DNA of 36,100 nt from a bacterium (GCA_043801585.1 JAZDLX010000146.1:1-36100), one strand, 5' to 3'. Shown: positions 24,772 to 33,384, numbered from the stretch's first letter. Program-made: numbers and translations. Notes: generated from the sequence alone by a model not told the origin.

Positions 24772-26147
24772 GCGACCCTCTCGTAGACACCGTGAATACG
24801 TTCCCCCAGGCCAATTGAATAGGCGCGCAGTGCCGTGAGCAGGTCTGATGTTTCCGCAACATTTGGATATCCCGCATGAATCATTTTCGCATCCGACAGC
24901 AGCCCCATGGCGACGGTGTGATCCTTTGCCGCGAGCAGCGAAAGGCTCGGACTGGTTTCCAGCAGGTGTCCGGGGAGAGTACTGCCCGTGGACTGTTTCG
25001 CCTGCTGTGTCCAGTATTTGCCGGCCTCTGTCGACTGGCTGGCGAGACGTGACAACTCGTCTTGTTGAGAAAGGAGATGCTCACTGTAGGGAGCCGAGGT
25101 TCCGGTCACCCGGTCCGCCACAACCACTTCGGCGGCATCGGTGTTCTGCGAGAACCAGTCTCTGCTGAAGGGATAGGCATACTCACCGACAACCGCCTGG
25201 GCCCTGTCAGGCAGGTCCGAGCGCACCTGTTCCTCCGTCCTGCCGATGTCCTGTACGAAGGAACGGGCGTTGTCTCGTTTTCCCTCGACCCAGTTGATCA
25301 GTTCGGGTTGTGAAAGCAGATCCATCGCCGCGAGGGGATGATCCCTGAGCACGTCCTCGGTGATGATGTCGCTGGAGTTCTGCAGCTTGGGAAGAAGGGT
25401 ATCCAGTACCCGTTCCCGGGATGCCTGCTGCAATTCGTTTCCCGGATCGGCGCCAATCAGGTTGCGCGTGCTCTCGGACGCGTTCAGCGTATCCGACAAC
25501 CCACCGCGATTCTCAAGGATCAACCGTCCAAGCTCACCCTCGCCGAACAGATCAGTCGCCTTGACGCCGGTGACCTGGAACGCCGCCGCGTCCGCGATTT
25601 CTCCGCGCTGATTCTGAGTGGCGTGGGAAACATCACCTGTATAGGCGCGATTCAGCTCGGTGTCATGGGCGATCAGGTCACGAGCATTCATCGATCTGCC
25701 GTACAGTGCTTCAGAGAGCAGCGGATCGCCGAGGGTTGCGCGATCCTCTGGACTCGCCCACAACGTCTCCTTGACTGCCGCCTCTTCTTCGGTTTCGGTG
25801 TGAACGGCTTCGTTTTTATCGAGGGGAGCCTTGAGGATATCCGTGGTCGAGAAAATCGGGCCGCGGAATTTGTCACCGAGGACTGTCGGCTTGTCCGTTT
25901 TATGCAGCAACATCGCATTGGCGCTATCGAGGCCGCGCCAGTCCTGCGGATGGTCGGGGTTGTAGTAGCCTTCGGAGTCGATGCCGTGCCATGTGGCGGG
26001 TCCACGTTCGTAGGCGTCGCGCTGTTCGGCCTGACGAAGTTTGTCCGTCCTGCTCCCGCTTCGTCCAAGAACTCTCGCGACAGCGGGATTGCGTGCGAGG
26101 AAGTTTGTGCCCTCCGTGGAGTAAGCCGGGACGGTGGTTTTGCTCAT
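24768..26147 (-). CDS. Hypothetical protein (~459 aa)
   Basis: Long ORF. The likely start is MSKTTV at 26147 after GGGGGGAG; the ORF track extends it to 26372. Confidence 0.75.
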   Translation of the reverse strand: MSKTTVPAYSTEGTNFLARNPAVARVLGRSGSRTDKLRQAEQRDAYERGPATWHGIDSEGYYNPDHPQDWRGLDSANAMLLHKTDKPTVLGDKFRGPIFSTTDILKAPLDKNEAVHTETEEEAAVKETLWASPEDRATLGDPLLSEALYGRSMNARDLIAHDTELNRAYTGDVSHATQNQRGEIADAAAFQVTGVKATDLFGEGELGRLILENRGGLSDTLNASESTRNLIGADPGNELQQASRERVLDTLLPKLQNSSDIITEDVLRDHPLAAMDLLSQPELINWVEGKRDNARSFVQDIGRTEEQVRSDLPDRAQAVVGEYAYPFSRDWFSQNTDAAEVVVADRVTGTSAPYSEHLLSQQDELSRLASQSTEAGKYWTQQAKQSTGSTLPGHLLETSPSLSLLAAKDHTVAMGLLSDAKMIHAGYPNVAETSDLLTALRAYSIGLGERIHGVYERVA

Positions 26148-26603
26148 CGGCTCCCCCCACGGCTCAAGTTTTCCACCAGACTGCCGATGAGAGATACGAG
26201 GGCAACCGGAACACGGCCTCCGGTGGAGCGGCACAAAGAGCTCCATCCACTGCCATGGATTCCGGAAGTGCTGTGGTGACGATTCCAACCCATCGTCAGC
26301 TCCGAACAGTTCCTGCGTCCTATCCCGGACGCGGTTGACCCTCACTCGCGATCGCCCTGTTCCGGCTGCCACCGTGCAGGGCGTTTTTCTATGCTTTCGA
26401 ACCGGTTACGGCAAACGCGCCGAAACTCCCGCATTCTCACCCGGAAGATCCAGTCGCAGATTCACATCGTTGCGAACGAGAGCAGTCCGGATTTCCGAAC
26501 GCAGGCGGCAGCGCAAAAGGTTGGAAACGTTGGGGATAATGCTTCGAGGATGACGGCAATTCGGGACGGACGCGAATGCCTCCGCCCCGATTCCCGTCAC
26601 ATC

Positions 26604-26906
26604 TCAGGCGGAGTCCTGATCGCTCCGTGCAGCGGTGTAACCCACTGCATACCAAGAACTTCGGATCGTCTGGATGGTTTCATCCGGGATCTTCGATTCC
26701 TTGGGAGCGCTGATCTGGGCCGCCGCCATCCGCCCAGCCTCACTGATCTCGACCTTGTCGACAAGATCGGGGATGAGACGAGCGGCAATGGGGCCCGAAC
26801 GCACCGGCCGGTCTACCTCGGAAGTTTTTTCGGACTTCTTCGGCTTCTCCGGTGGTTGCAAAGGTGGCGTTAAGCCCGTGTAAATGCGGGAAATGCGGTC
26901 GACCAT
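26604..26906 (-). CDS. Hypothetical protein with a FlgM-like DKVEISEAG motif
   Basis: MVDRISRIY..., a Pro/Lys-rich linker, then DKVEISEAGR; AGGGAG RBS upstream of ATG 26906. Confidence 0.65.
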   Translation of the reverse strand: MVDRISRIYTGLTPPLQPPEKPKKSEKTSEVDRPVRSGPIAARLIPDLVDKVEISEAGRMAAAQISAPKESKIPDETIQTIRSSWYAVGYTAARSDQDSA

Positions 26907-26965
26907 GAGGTTCTCCCTGACTCCGAACGTTTCCGGCGCTGCCACACCGGTCCTGCCGAAGCCTA

Positions 26966-26982
26966 TTCAAACCCTGTGCCAG
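26966..26982 (-). promoter_or_regulatory. Putative sigma54 (-24/-12) promoter CTGGCACAGGGTTTGAA
   Basis: TGGCAC-N5-TTGAA about 60 nt upstream of 26906 (-12 element is GA rather than GC), with an AT-rich tract directly upstream. Confidence 0.5.
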
Positions 26983-27157
26983 TGTGATTGTAAGTGGTTA
27001 TCATCTTAATAAACAAACATAAACGACCGGCTCCAAACATTTCAAGAAGCTGAAAAGCGACACCGTGGCGTACCGGATCGATCAACCGGTATTTATACTA
27101 TTGTTTTTATAGCATATAGAGTGCCACCTATTCGTAGCACCCGCTCGACCTACCAGC

Positions 27158-27245
27158 GAGTTGAGTGACAGTTACCTAATTCATTGAGTTCGTTACTCGA
27201 TTCCACGTGACTGACGCCCAGAATTAAGTAACTGTCACTCAACTC
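27158..27245. repeat. Palindromic element at the 3' end of the RAYT gene (25-bp arms, 38-nt spacer)
   Basis: GAGTTGAGTGACAGTTACCTAATTC ... GAATTAAGTAACTGTCACTCAACTC. Confidence 0.92.
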
Positions 27246-27894
27246 GTTTTGGACCGGGACGTTGAGGACGGAGTGTCCGACCAAGTTGGCTCTCATGCAG
27301 ATCGATAAATAAATCCGAACCGAGGGGGAGACAGTTCTTCTCGTGCAGTCGGAACCGTTCCAACTCCTCATCCGTCAACGCACTCGCCAACAGTCCACGC
27401 CAATCCACGTCGAGGGCGGCAATTGCATCCGCATCGACAAGACCATCGGTCCGATTTTCCAGATGAGCTCTCGCGCTGGACCAGGGATAGGCTTGGGGAG
27501 AAGTGACCAGGCCGGTACGAAGGGGGTTGAGGTCTACGTAGCGCAGTGCGGCGAGGGTATGTGATTCATCGAGGGGAACGGAAGAAAACCGCTCTTGCCA
27601 GAGATGCCCGGACCACCCCTCCCTGCGGTTGATCTCTTCGGCGTAGGTGCGGTGCAGGGGGGCGACCGTGGCTCTGAGACCATCCTCCTCCCGCGGTATC
27701 AGGACGAGGTGGACATGATTGGGCATCAGGCACCAGCCGAGGATGGTCGTCTTATTGCGTTGTGTGAAGGATTGCAACAGCTTCAGGTTGAGCCGAAAAT
27801 CTTGATCGTTGAAGAACACGGATTGACGACGGTTGCCTCGTTGCGTGACATGGTGGGGGAGACCGGGCAGAACGATCCTTGCGCTACGGGGCAT
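27235..27894 (-). mobile_element. REP-associated tyrosine transposase (RAYT, IS200/IS605 Y1 HUH family)
   Basis: MPRSAR...HHVTQRGNRRQ, WCLMPNHVHL (HUH), LWQERF, YVDLNP (catalytic Tyr), YPWSS; flanked by matching palindromes. Confidence 0.93.
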
Positions 27895-27905
27895 GGGTTT
27901 TCCTT

Positions 27906-27958
27906 GAGTTGAGTGACAGTTACCTAATTCTACAAATCAGGTAACTGTCACTCAACTC
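27906..27958. repeat. Palindromic element at the 5' end of the RAYT gene (25-bp arms, 3-nt spacer)
   Basis: GAGTTGAGTGACAGTTACCTAATTC-TAC-AAATCAGGTAACTGTCACTCAACTC; the left arm is identical to 27158-27182. Confidence 0.92.
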
Positions 27959-27982
27959 TTTACTGACTTTTGAATCACCCCG

Positions 27983-28900
27983 CTACTTCCCGGCGTGGAT
28001 GTCCATCACCTTGTGTAGGAGTTTGATCGCATCGTCATGCTTGCGCTGGAAAGCGTTGCGGCCCATGATGCTGCCGAAGGCTCCACCCGCCGCCAGACCG
28101 CGGATCTCCTCCAGGACGTTTTCATCGCTGCCCTTGGCACCACCCGAGAAGATCACGATCCGGGTACCGTTGAAGGCACTCTTGATCACCAGCTTCGTCC
28201 GGTCAGCGAGGGTCTCGATGGAAACACCCGTCTCCTCGATCGCTTTGGCATTGGCGTTCTGGGCAACGTGTTTCTGGGGCGGTTTCACCTTGATGATGTC
28301 CGCGCCCATCTGAGCCGCGATCTGCGCGGCGTAGCAGGCAATATCCACCGCGGTTTCGTCGTCTTTCTGCAGATCCTCCCCGCGCGGGTAGGACCAGACG
28401 ACCGCCGCGAGGCCCGCGGCATGGGTTTCCTCGATGGCTTCACGGAGCTGCTCGTACATCTCCTCGCGCATGATGCTGCCGGGATAGATCGTGAAACCCA
28501 CCCCTGAGCAGCCCAGCTCGAGGGCGTCGGCAACAGACGCTGTGATCGCTGGAATCGGATCGCCGTCGTCGTGAAGGACGTCATGGCTGTTCATCTTCAG
28601 GATCAACGGAAGCTGCCCGGCGAATTTGTCCGCTGCCACCTCGATGAAGCCGAGCGGAGCGGCGTAGGCGTTGCACCCGGCATCCAACGCGAGTTGTGGA
28701 TGGTAGGCGGGATCGAATCCGGGCTCGTTGGGCAGGAACGAGCGCAACGGTCCGTGCTCGAAGCCCTGATCGACGGGCAGAATCACCATCTTGCCGGTGC
28801 CGGCGAGACGGCCGTGCATCAGCATCCGGTAAAGACTGGTGCGAACTCCGGCGTTCCGGTGGGAATACCAGCTCAGGATTTCGCGAACTCTATCGCTCAT
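27983..28900 (-). CDS. fbaB: Class I fructose-bisphosphate aldolase (FbaB/DhnA family)
   Basis: GRLAGTGKMVILPVDQGFEHGP, GFTIYPGS, WSYPRG, GADIIKVK (Schiff-base Lys), GRNAFQR. Confidence 0.93.
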   Translation of the reverse strand: MSDRVREILSWYSHRNAGVRTSLYRMLMHGRLAGTGKMVILPVDQGFEHGPLRSFLPNEPGFDPAYHPQLALDAGCNAYAAPLGFIEVAADKFAGQLPLILKMNSHDVLHDDGDPIPAITASVADALELGCSGVGFTIYPGSIMREEMYEQLREAIEETHAAGLAAVVWSYPRGEDLQKDDETAVDIACYAAQIAAQMGADIIKVKPPQKHVAQNANAKAIEETGVSIETLADRTKLVIKSAFNGTRIVIFSGGAKGSDENVLEEIRGLAAGGAFGSIMGRNAFQRKHDDAIKLLHKVMDIHAGK

Positions 28901-29192
28901 GGAAAGGTCCTCCTTCGGGGTGTTGAATTCATTGTTGCAGGCGGAGAGAACTTAGTCTCCCGCCGCACCTATTTCAAACAACCCGACGAGCAGTCAGTGG
29001 CGAAGGAGGCAAATACGTTCGAAAGGAAGAGTCAAGGTCCAAAGCCCCGGGCCATGGTTGTTTTTCCTCGGTGAGCGGTCCCGGGGAAAGTGCTCCCGGT
29101 AAAATATCTGCGGACCGTACACTCTCCTCATCCTGAATCACCGAAGGTGAGTGAAGGATCTTTGTTCTAATCCGCTAAACGCACAATTGGAG

Positions 29193-29231
29193 ATCACCGT
29201 GCACTCCCGCTATCGCGGAAGTGCTGGTGAT
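29193..29231 (-). terminator. Hairpin downstream of fbaA
   Basis: ATCACC-GT-GCACT-CCCGC-TATC-GCGG-A-AGTGC-T-GGTGAT stem; no strong U tract. Confidence 0.4.
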
Positions 29232-29299
29232 GACACCAACAGCGGTGAACCTGGGTCAGCGATTCCGGGTTACAGCATCAGAAGCACAACCTGGATCGA

Positions 29300-30373
29300 C
29301 TACAAATCGGCAATGCGGCCGAGGCAGTTAAGATCCTCAAAGGACTGCTTCAGCCGCTCGATGAACGTCTTCTCCCCCTCCCGCAGCCAGACGCGGGGGT
29401 CATAATACTTTTTATTCGGTGAGTCCGGTCCCTCGGGGTTGCCGATCTGGCCTTGCAGGTAATCCTTCTTCGCATCCATGTACTCCCGAATGCCCCGCGT
29501 GAACGCCCATTGCTGGTCGGTGTCGATGTTCATCTTGACGACGCCGTAGCTGACCGCCTCACGGATCTCGTCACGGCTGCTTCCGGAACCACCGTGGAAG
29601 ACGAAGGTTGCGGGATTGCTGTCGCTGAACCCGTGCTTCTTCTGGATGAAGTCCTGACAGTTCTTGAGGATGACGGGACGGAGCTTGACATTCCCCGGCT
29701 TGTAGACGCCGTGAACGTTTCCAAACGCCGCGGCAATGGTGAACCGGTTCGAGATCTTGGAAAGTTCGGTGAACGCGTAATCCACCTCTTCGGGTTGGGT
29801 GTAGAGACGGCTGCTGTCCACCCCGACGTTGTCGACGCCGTCCTCTTCTCCGCCGGTCACTCCCAGTTCAAACTCGAGGGTCATCCCGAGTTTCTTCATG
29901 CGTTTGAGACGGACGGAACACTCTTTGACGATTGTTTCCAGGGGCTCTTCGGAAAGGTCGATCATGTGCGATGAGAACAGCGGCTCGCCATGCTCCTTGA
30001 AGTAGTCCTCACTTTCTCCGATCAGTCCGTCCACCCAGGGAAGAAGCTTGCGGGCGGCGTGATCGGTGTGCAGAATCACCGGCACGCCATAGAGCGGTGC
30101 GACGCGGTGGACGTGCAGAGCCGCCGATACCGCACCCAGGATTTTCGCCTTATGGTCGGTGTCATCCGCGCCCTTGCCCGCATAGAATTGCGCTCCGCCC
30201 GCCGAAAGCTGGATAATCACGGGAGATCCGATAAGGGCGGCGGTCTCGAGGCAGGCGTTCGCCGTGTTCGTGCCTGTAATGTTCACCGCCGGAAGGGCGA
30301 ATCCCTTCTCCTTTGCCGTTGTAAAAAGCGCCTGGACGGCATCGCCAGTCAACACTCCACCTTTGGTACTCAT
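29300..30373 (-). CDS. fbaA: Class II fructose-bisphosphate aldolase
   Basis: FALPAVN, HTDHA, SSHMIDLS, GGEEDG, FGNVHGVYKPG, FHGGSGS, KMNIDTD, KKYYDPR. Confidence 0.96.
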   Translation of the reverse strand: MSTKGGVLTGDAVQALFTTAKEKGFALPAVNITGTNTANACLETAALIGSPVIIQLSAGGAQFYAGKGADDTDHKAKILGAVSAALHVHRVAPLYGVPVILHTDHAARKLLPWVDGLIGESEDYFKEHGEPLFSSHMIDLSEEPLETIVKECSVRLKRMKKLGMTLEFELGVTGGEEDGVDNVGVDSSRLYTQPEEVDYAFTELSKISNRFTIAAAFGNVHGVYKPGNVKLRPVILKNCQDFIQKKHGFSDSNPATFVFHGGSGSSRDEIREAVSYGVVKMNIDTDQQWAFTRGIREYMDAKKDYLQGQIGNPEGPDSPNKKYYDPRVWLREGEKTFIERLKQSFEDLNCLGRIADL

Positions 30374-30410
30374 CGGATTTCCCCGTTATCCTGTTTCGCA
30401 ACACGGCGTG

Positions 30411-31418
30411 CTATTTCAAACGTCCCATCTCCGCAACCAGCTCCTGACGCGAGGGCAATCCATCCTGAGCGCCTTTACGGGTTACGGACAGACCTGCTCC
30501 CAAATGTGCGATTTTCACTGCTTCCTCGAAGGGGCGTCCTTCCGCCCTCAGCGCACAGAAGATACCACAGAAAGCGTCCCCCGCGCCCACGGTATCGACC
30601 ACATTGTCCAACGCGATCGCGGAAAACTCATGCCGTTTCTCATCCCCATCGAACCATTCGCCGCCGTTCCGCCCGAGCGTGATCAGTATGTTCCCGGCGC
30701 CGATTTCCCGCCAGTGAGACGCCCGTTTATGGGGGGTGATGGAAAAATAATCGTTCACCCCGAGGATTCCAGCGGCTTCAATTTCGTTGGCGATGAGAAC
30801 CTCAATTCCGCGCGGAGGCGGTAGTGTGTGCGGCTTGAAGGGTGCTGTGTTGAAAACGACCTTGACACCCGCCGCGAGTCCCATCGAGATGGCACGTTCG
30901 ACAACCGGCCGGGGCAACTCGTTCTGGATCAGCAGCCAGTCCGCCCACTCGAACAACTCACTGAGCTGCTCGATGTGCTTCTTCTCAAGTCGATAGTAGG
31001 CGTTGGGGCAGGCGACAATCTGGTTCTCGCCATGGTAATCCACGGAAATCACTGTTTCCGCGGTGCGTTCCCCCTCCACGCGCACAACAGCATCGACATC
31101 AATACCTGCGTTGCGAAGTGGCGTGAGGACGACCTCCGCCTCTCCATCGGTTCCCACAGCGCTGATAAAACGAACCTCTGCACCCATTTTCGCAGCGGCA
31201 AGCGCCTGGTTCGCTCCTTTCCCGCCGGGAAAGATCTCCATCCTGTCGCCAATCGCCGTTTCGCCGGGCTTCGGCAGTGATTCGACGTAGAAAATCCTAT
31301 CCAACACGGCGGCGCCCACAACCAGCAGCTTTCCACGGCGGGCTGGCAGAGTGCCGAAGACCCCGGGCGGAGAACCGGATGGATGGTGAATATCTGTAGA
31401 TGTCAGTTCAGCGGTCAC
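30411..31418 (-). CDS. rbsK: Ribokinase / PfkB family sugar kinase
   Basis: PGGKGANQA, VGTD, GENQI, QNE, NEIEA, ITLG, DTVGAGDAF. Start position and substrate are uncertain. Confidence 0.85.
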   Translation of the reverse strand: MTAELTSTDIHHPSGSPPGVFGTLPARRGKLLVVGAAVLDRIFYVESLPKPGETAIGDRMEIFPGGKGANQALAAAKMGAEVRFISAVGTDGEAEVVLTPLRNAGIDVDAVVRVEGERTAETVISVDYHGENQIVACPNAYYRLEKKHIEQLSELFEWADWLLIQNELPRPVVERAISMGLAAGVKVVFNTAPFKPHTLPPPRGIEVLIANEIEAAGILGVNDYFSITPHKRASHWREIGAGNILITLGRNGGEWFDGDEKRHEFSAIALDNVVDTVGAGDAFCGIFCALRAEGRPFEEAVKIAHLGAGLSVTRKGAQDGLPSRQELVAEMGRLK

Positions 31419-31473
31419 AGGTTCGACCCCGATAGAGTGAACGGCGTGCCAATCAATCAGGACACGCCGACAG

Positions 31474-31503
31474 AAGATAGAGCAGCCGGTTGATCGGGAT
31501 CAA
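31474..31503 (-). promoter_or_regulatory. Putative promoter TTGATC-N18-TATCTT upstream of ribokinase
   Basis: Minus-strand hexamers at 31498-31503 and 31474-31479. Confidence 0.4.
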
Positions 31504-31556
31504 ATCCGACTCTCACAGCCCATCGGGAGTGAACCCATCGGAGACCAACTCGGCGC

Positions 31557-32951
31557 TTACCCGTGAATGGAACGTTTGTCCACCGCGAGAGCTGCTTCCT
31601 TGATGATCTCGGACAGGGAGGGATGGGCGTGAGTGGTCCGGGCAACGTCCTCGCTTGACGCCCTGAATTCCAACGCGATGACAAGCTCGGCGATCATGTC
31701 TGAGGCGCGGGCTCCGACAATGGTCGCTCCCAGCAGACGGTCGGTTTTTACGTCGGCGATGAGCTTGACCATTCCCTCCGGTTCGCCCATGGTCAGGGCG
31801 CGGCCGTTGGGGCGGAACATGTATTTGCCCGTGCGAACCTCGAATCCCTTCTCCTTCGCTTCGTCCTCGTGCATTCCCACCGAGGCGAGTTCGGGCCAGG
31901 TGTAGATGACGTTCGGAATCGCATCGTAGTTGACATGTCCCGGCAGACCCGCGACAATTTCCGCAACCGCGACTCCCTCGTCCTCGCCCTTGTGGGCGAG
32001 CATCGGTCCGCGCACCAGGTCGCCGATGGCGTAGACGTTTTTCAGGTTGGTGCGGAAGCTGTCTTCAATTTTCACGCGGGGGCCGTCCATTTCGACTCCC
32101 GCCTGCTCGAGACCGCAGTCGGCGGTGAAGGTTTTGCGTCCGACGGCGACCAGAACGGTCTCTGCAACGAGCTCCTGCTTCTCCCCTTTGTTGTTCACCA
32201 CCGTTACCCTCACCTGTGTCTTCTGCACATCCGCGGAGAGCACTTTCGTGTCCAGCAGGAAGGCCAACCCCTGCGATTCGAGGGATCGTTGCAGGACCTT
32301 CGCCATTTGCTTGTCGGCGAAGGGTGCGATCTGTGGCATCATTTCAACAAATGTGACTTCCGAACCAAGCCGCGACCAGACGCTCCCCATCTCGAGCCCG
32401 ATTGCGCCCGCGCCGATGACCAGCAATGACTTGGGAGCTTTGGTCAGGTCAAGGGCGTGGGTACTGTGGATAACACGGATTCCATCGAATTTCAGGAAGG
32501 GGAGTTCGACAGGCATCGAGCCGAGGGCGAGGACGATGTGCTCCGCCTCGTACTCAGTCACTTTGCCGTTCGCCTCGACGCTGAACTTCCCCGATAAAAC
32601 GAGACGGCCGTGTCCGCCCAGCACCGTCACCTTGTTCTTCTTCATCAACAGCGCTATGCCGTCGGTCAGCGTCTTGACGATCTCCGCTTTCCTTGCGATC
32701 ATCTTCGGGACATCCATCTTGACGCCGCTGACATTCACACCGAACTCCGCCAGTTTGTGATTGGCGGCGGCAAAATGCTCGGACGACTCAAGCAGTGCTT
32801 TGGAGGGGATGCAGCCGACGTTCAGGCAAGTGCCGCCGAGCGTCGGATTTTTCTCGACGAGGACGACCTTCATCCCGAGCTGCGCGGCACGGATGGCGGA
32901 AACATAGCCGGCGGGGCCGGAACCGATGACGGCGTAGTCGAAGCGGTCCAT
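31557..32951 (-). CDS. lpdA: Dihydrolipoyl dehydrogenase (E3)
   Basis: GSGPAGY, GGTCLNVGCIPSK, GAGAIGLE, AIGD, MLAHK, HAHPSLSE. Confidence 0.97.
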   Translation of the reverse strand: MDRFDYAVIGSGPAGYVSAIRAAQLGMKVVLVEKNPTLGGTCLNVGCIPSKALLESSEHFAAANHKLAEFGVNVSGVKMDVPKMIARKAEIVKTLTDGIALLMKKNKVTVLGGHGRLVLSGKFSVEANGKVTEYEAEHIVLALGSMPVELPFLKFDGIRVIHSTHALDLTKAPKSLLVIGAGAIGLEMGSVWSRLGSEVTFVEMMPQIAPFADKQMAKVLQRSLESQGLAFLLDTKVLSADVQKTQVRVTVVNNKGEKQELVAETVLVAVGRKTFTADCGLEQAGVEMDGPRVKIEDSFRTNLKNVYAIGDLVRGPMLAHKGEDEGVAVAEIVAGLPGHVNYDAIPNVIYTWPELASVGMHEDEAKEKGFEVRTGKYMFRPNGRALTMGEPEGMVKLIADVKTDRLLGATIVGARASDMIAELVIALEFRASSEDVARTTHAHPSLSEIIKEAALAVDKRSIHG

Positions 32952-33054
32952 AGTCGTTTTCCCGTGGATTGGAAAGTGTCAGGGATGGGTAAGGTATCTG
33001 TTGCGCAATGCGAGTGCAAAAGGTAAAAATGCTGTTTGAGATACCGACTTTTAC

Positions 33055-33357
33055 TCACGGGATATCAATCAATCGCTGGCGGATTTGACCAACACTTGGA
33101 AGTCCATCAGGGAAAAACCTGCAAGCAAGCGCCGGTTGCTCAGGCAATTCCATACCCCAATAATCCTCCCCATTGATTAGCAAGGTTGGAGATCCCCGAA
33201 AGTGAAGCTCGCGTGCAGTATCGTTGTCCCGAATATGGATGAGCTTCAAATCGACGTTACGTTTAACCTTCAGGATCGCCTGTCTTGTCCGCTCGATCAA
33301 CGGCGCAGTATTCGGGCAGTCGTCGATGTACTGTATTTCTACATGTACTTGTTCCAT
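33055..33357 (-). CDS. Small thioredoxin-fold protein (DF-family / DUF2703-like)
   Basis: IQYIDDCPN, FRGSPTLLINGED, LACRFF, GLPS. Confidence 0.75.
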   Translation of the reverse strand: MEQVHVEIQYIDDCPNTAPLIERTRQAILKVKRNVDLKLIHIRDNDTARELHFRGSPTLLINGEDYWGMELPEQPALACRFFPDGLPSVGQIRQRLIDIP

Positions 33358-33384
33358 CGAAAAACCTCACATGTCCAAGATTTA

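Noticed and set aside
25338..26279. 313-aa plus-strand ORF and similar long antisense ORFs across the window
   Set aside because: Antisense shadows expected in GC-rich coding DNA; the opposite strand has RBSs, operon coupling or family motifs.
26148..26372. Upstream extension of the 534-aa ORF
   Set aside because: The composition looks non-coding and a good RBS precedes ATG 26147. The longer start is not fully excluded.
29060..29140. Glycine riboswitch-like words (GGAGAG...CACCGA) on the minus strand
   Set aside because: The downstream GAAGG/CTCTCAGG core is missing and the gene context is not glycine-related; kept only as an unassigned structure.
31437..31453. Sigma54-like TTGGCACG upstream of ribokinase
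   Set aside because: The -12 element is poor (TTCAC), and a sigma70-like promoter nearby explains the region.
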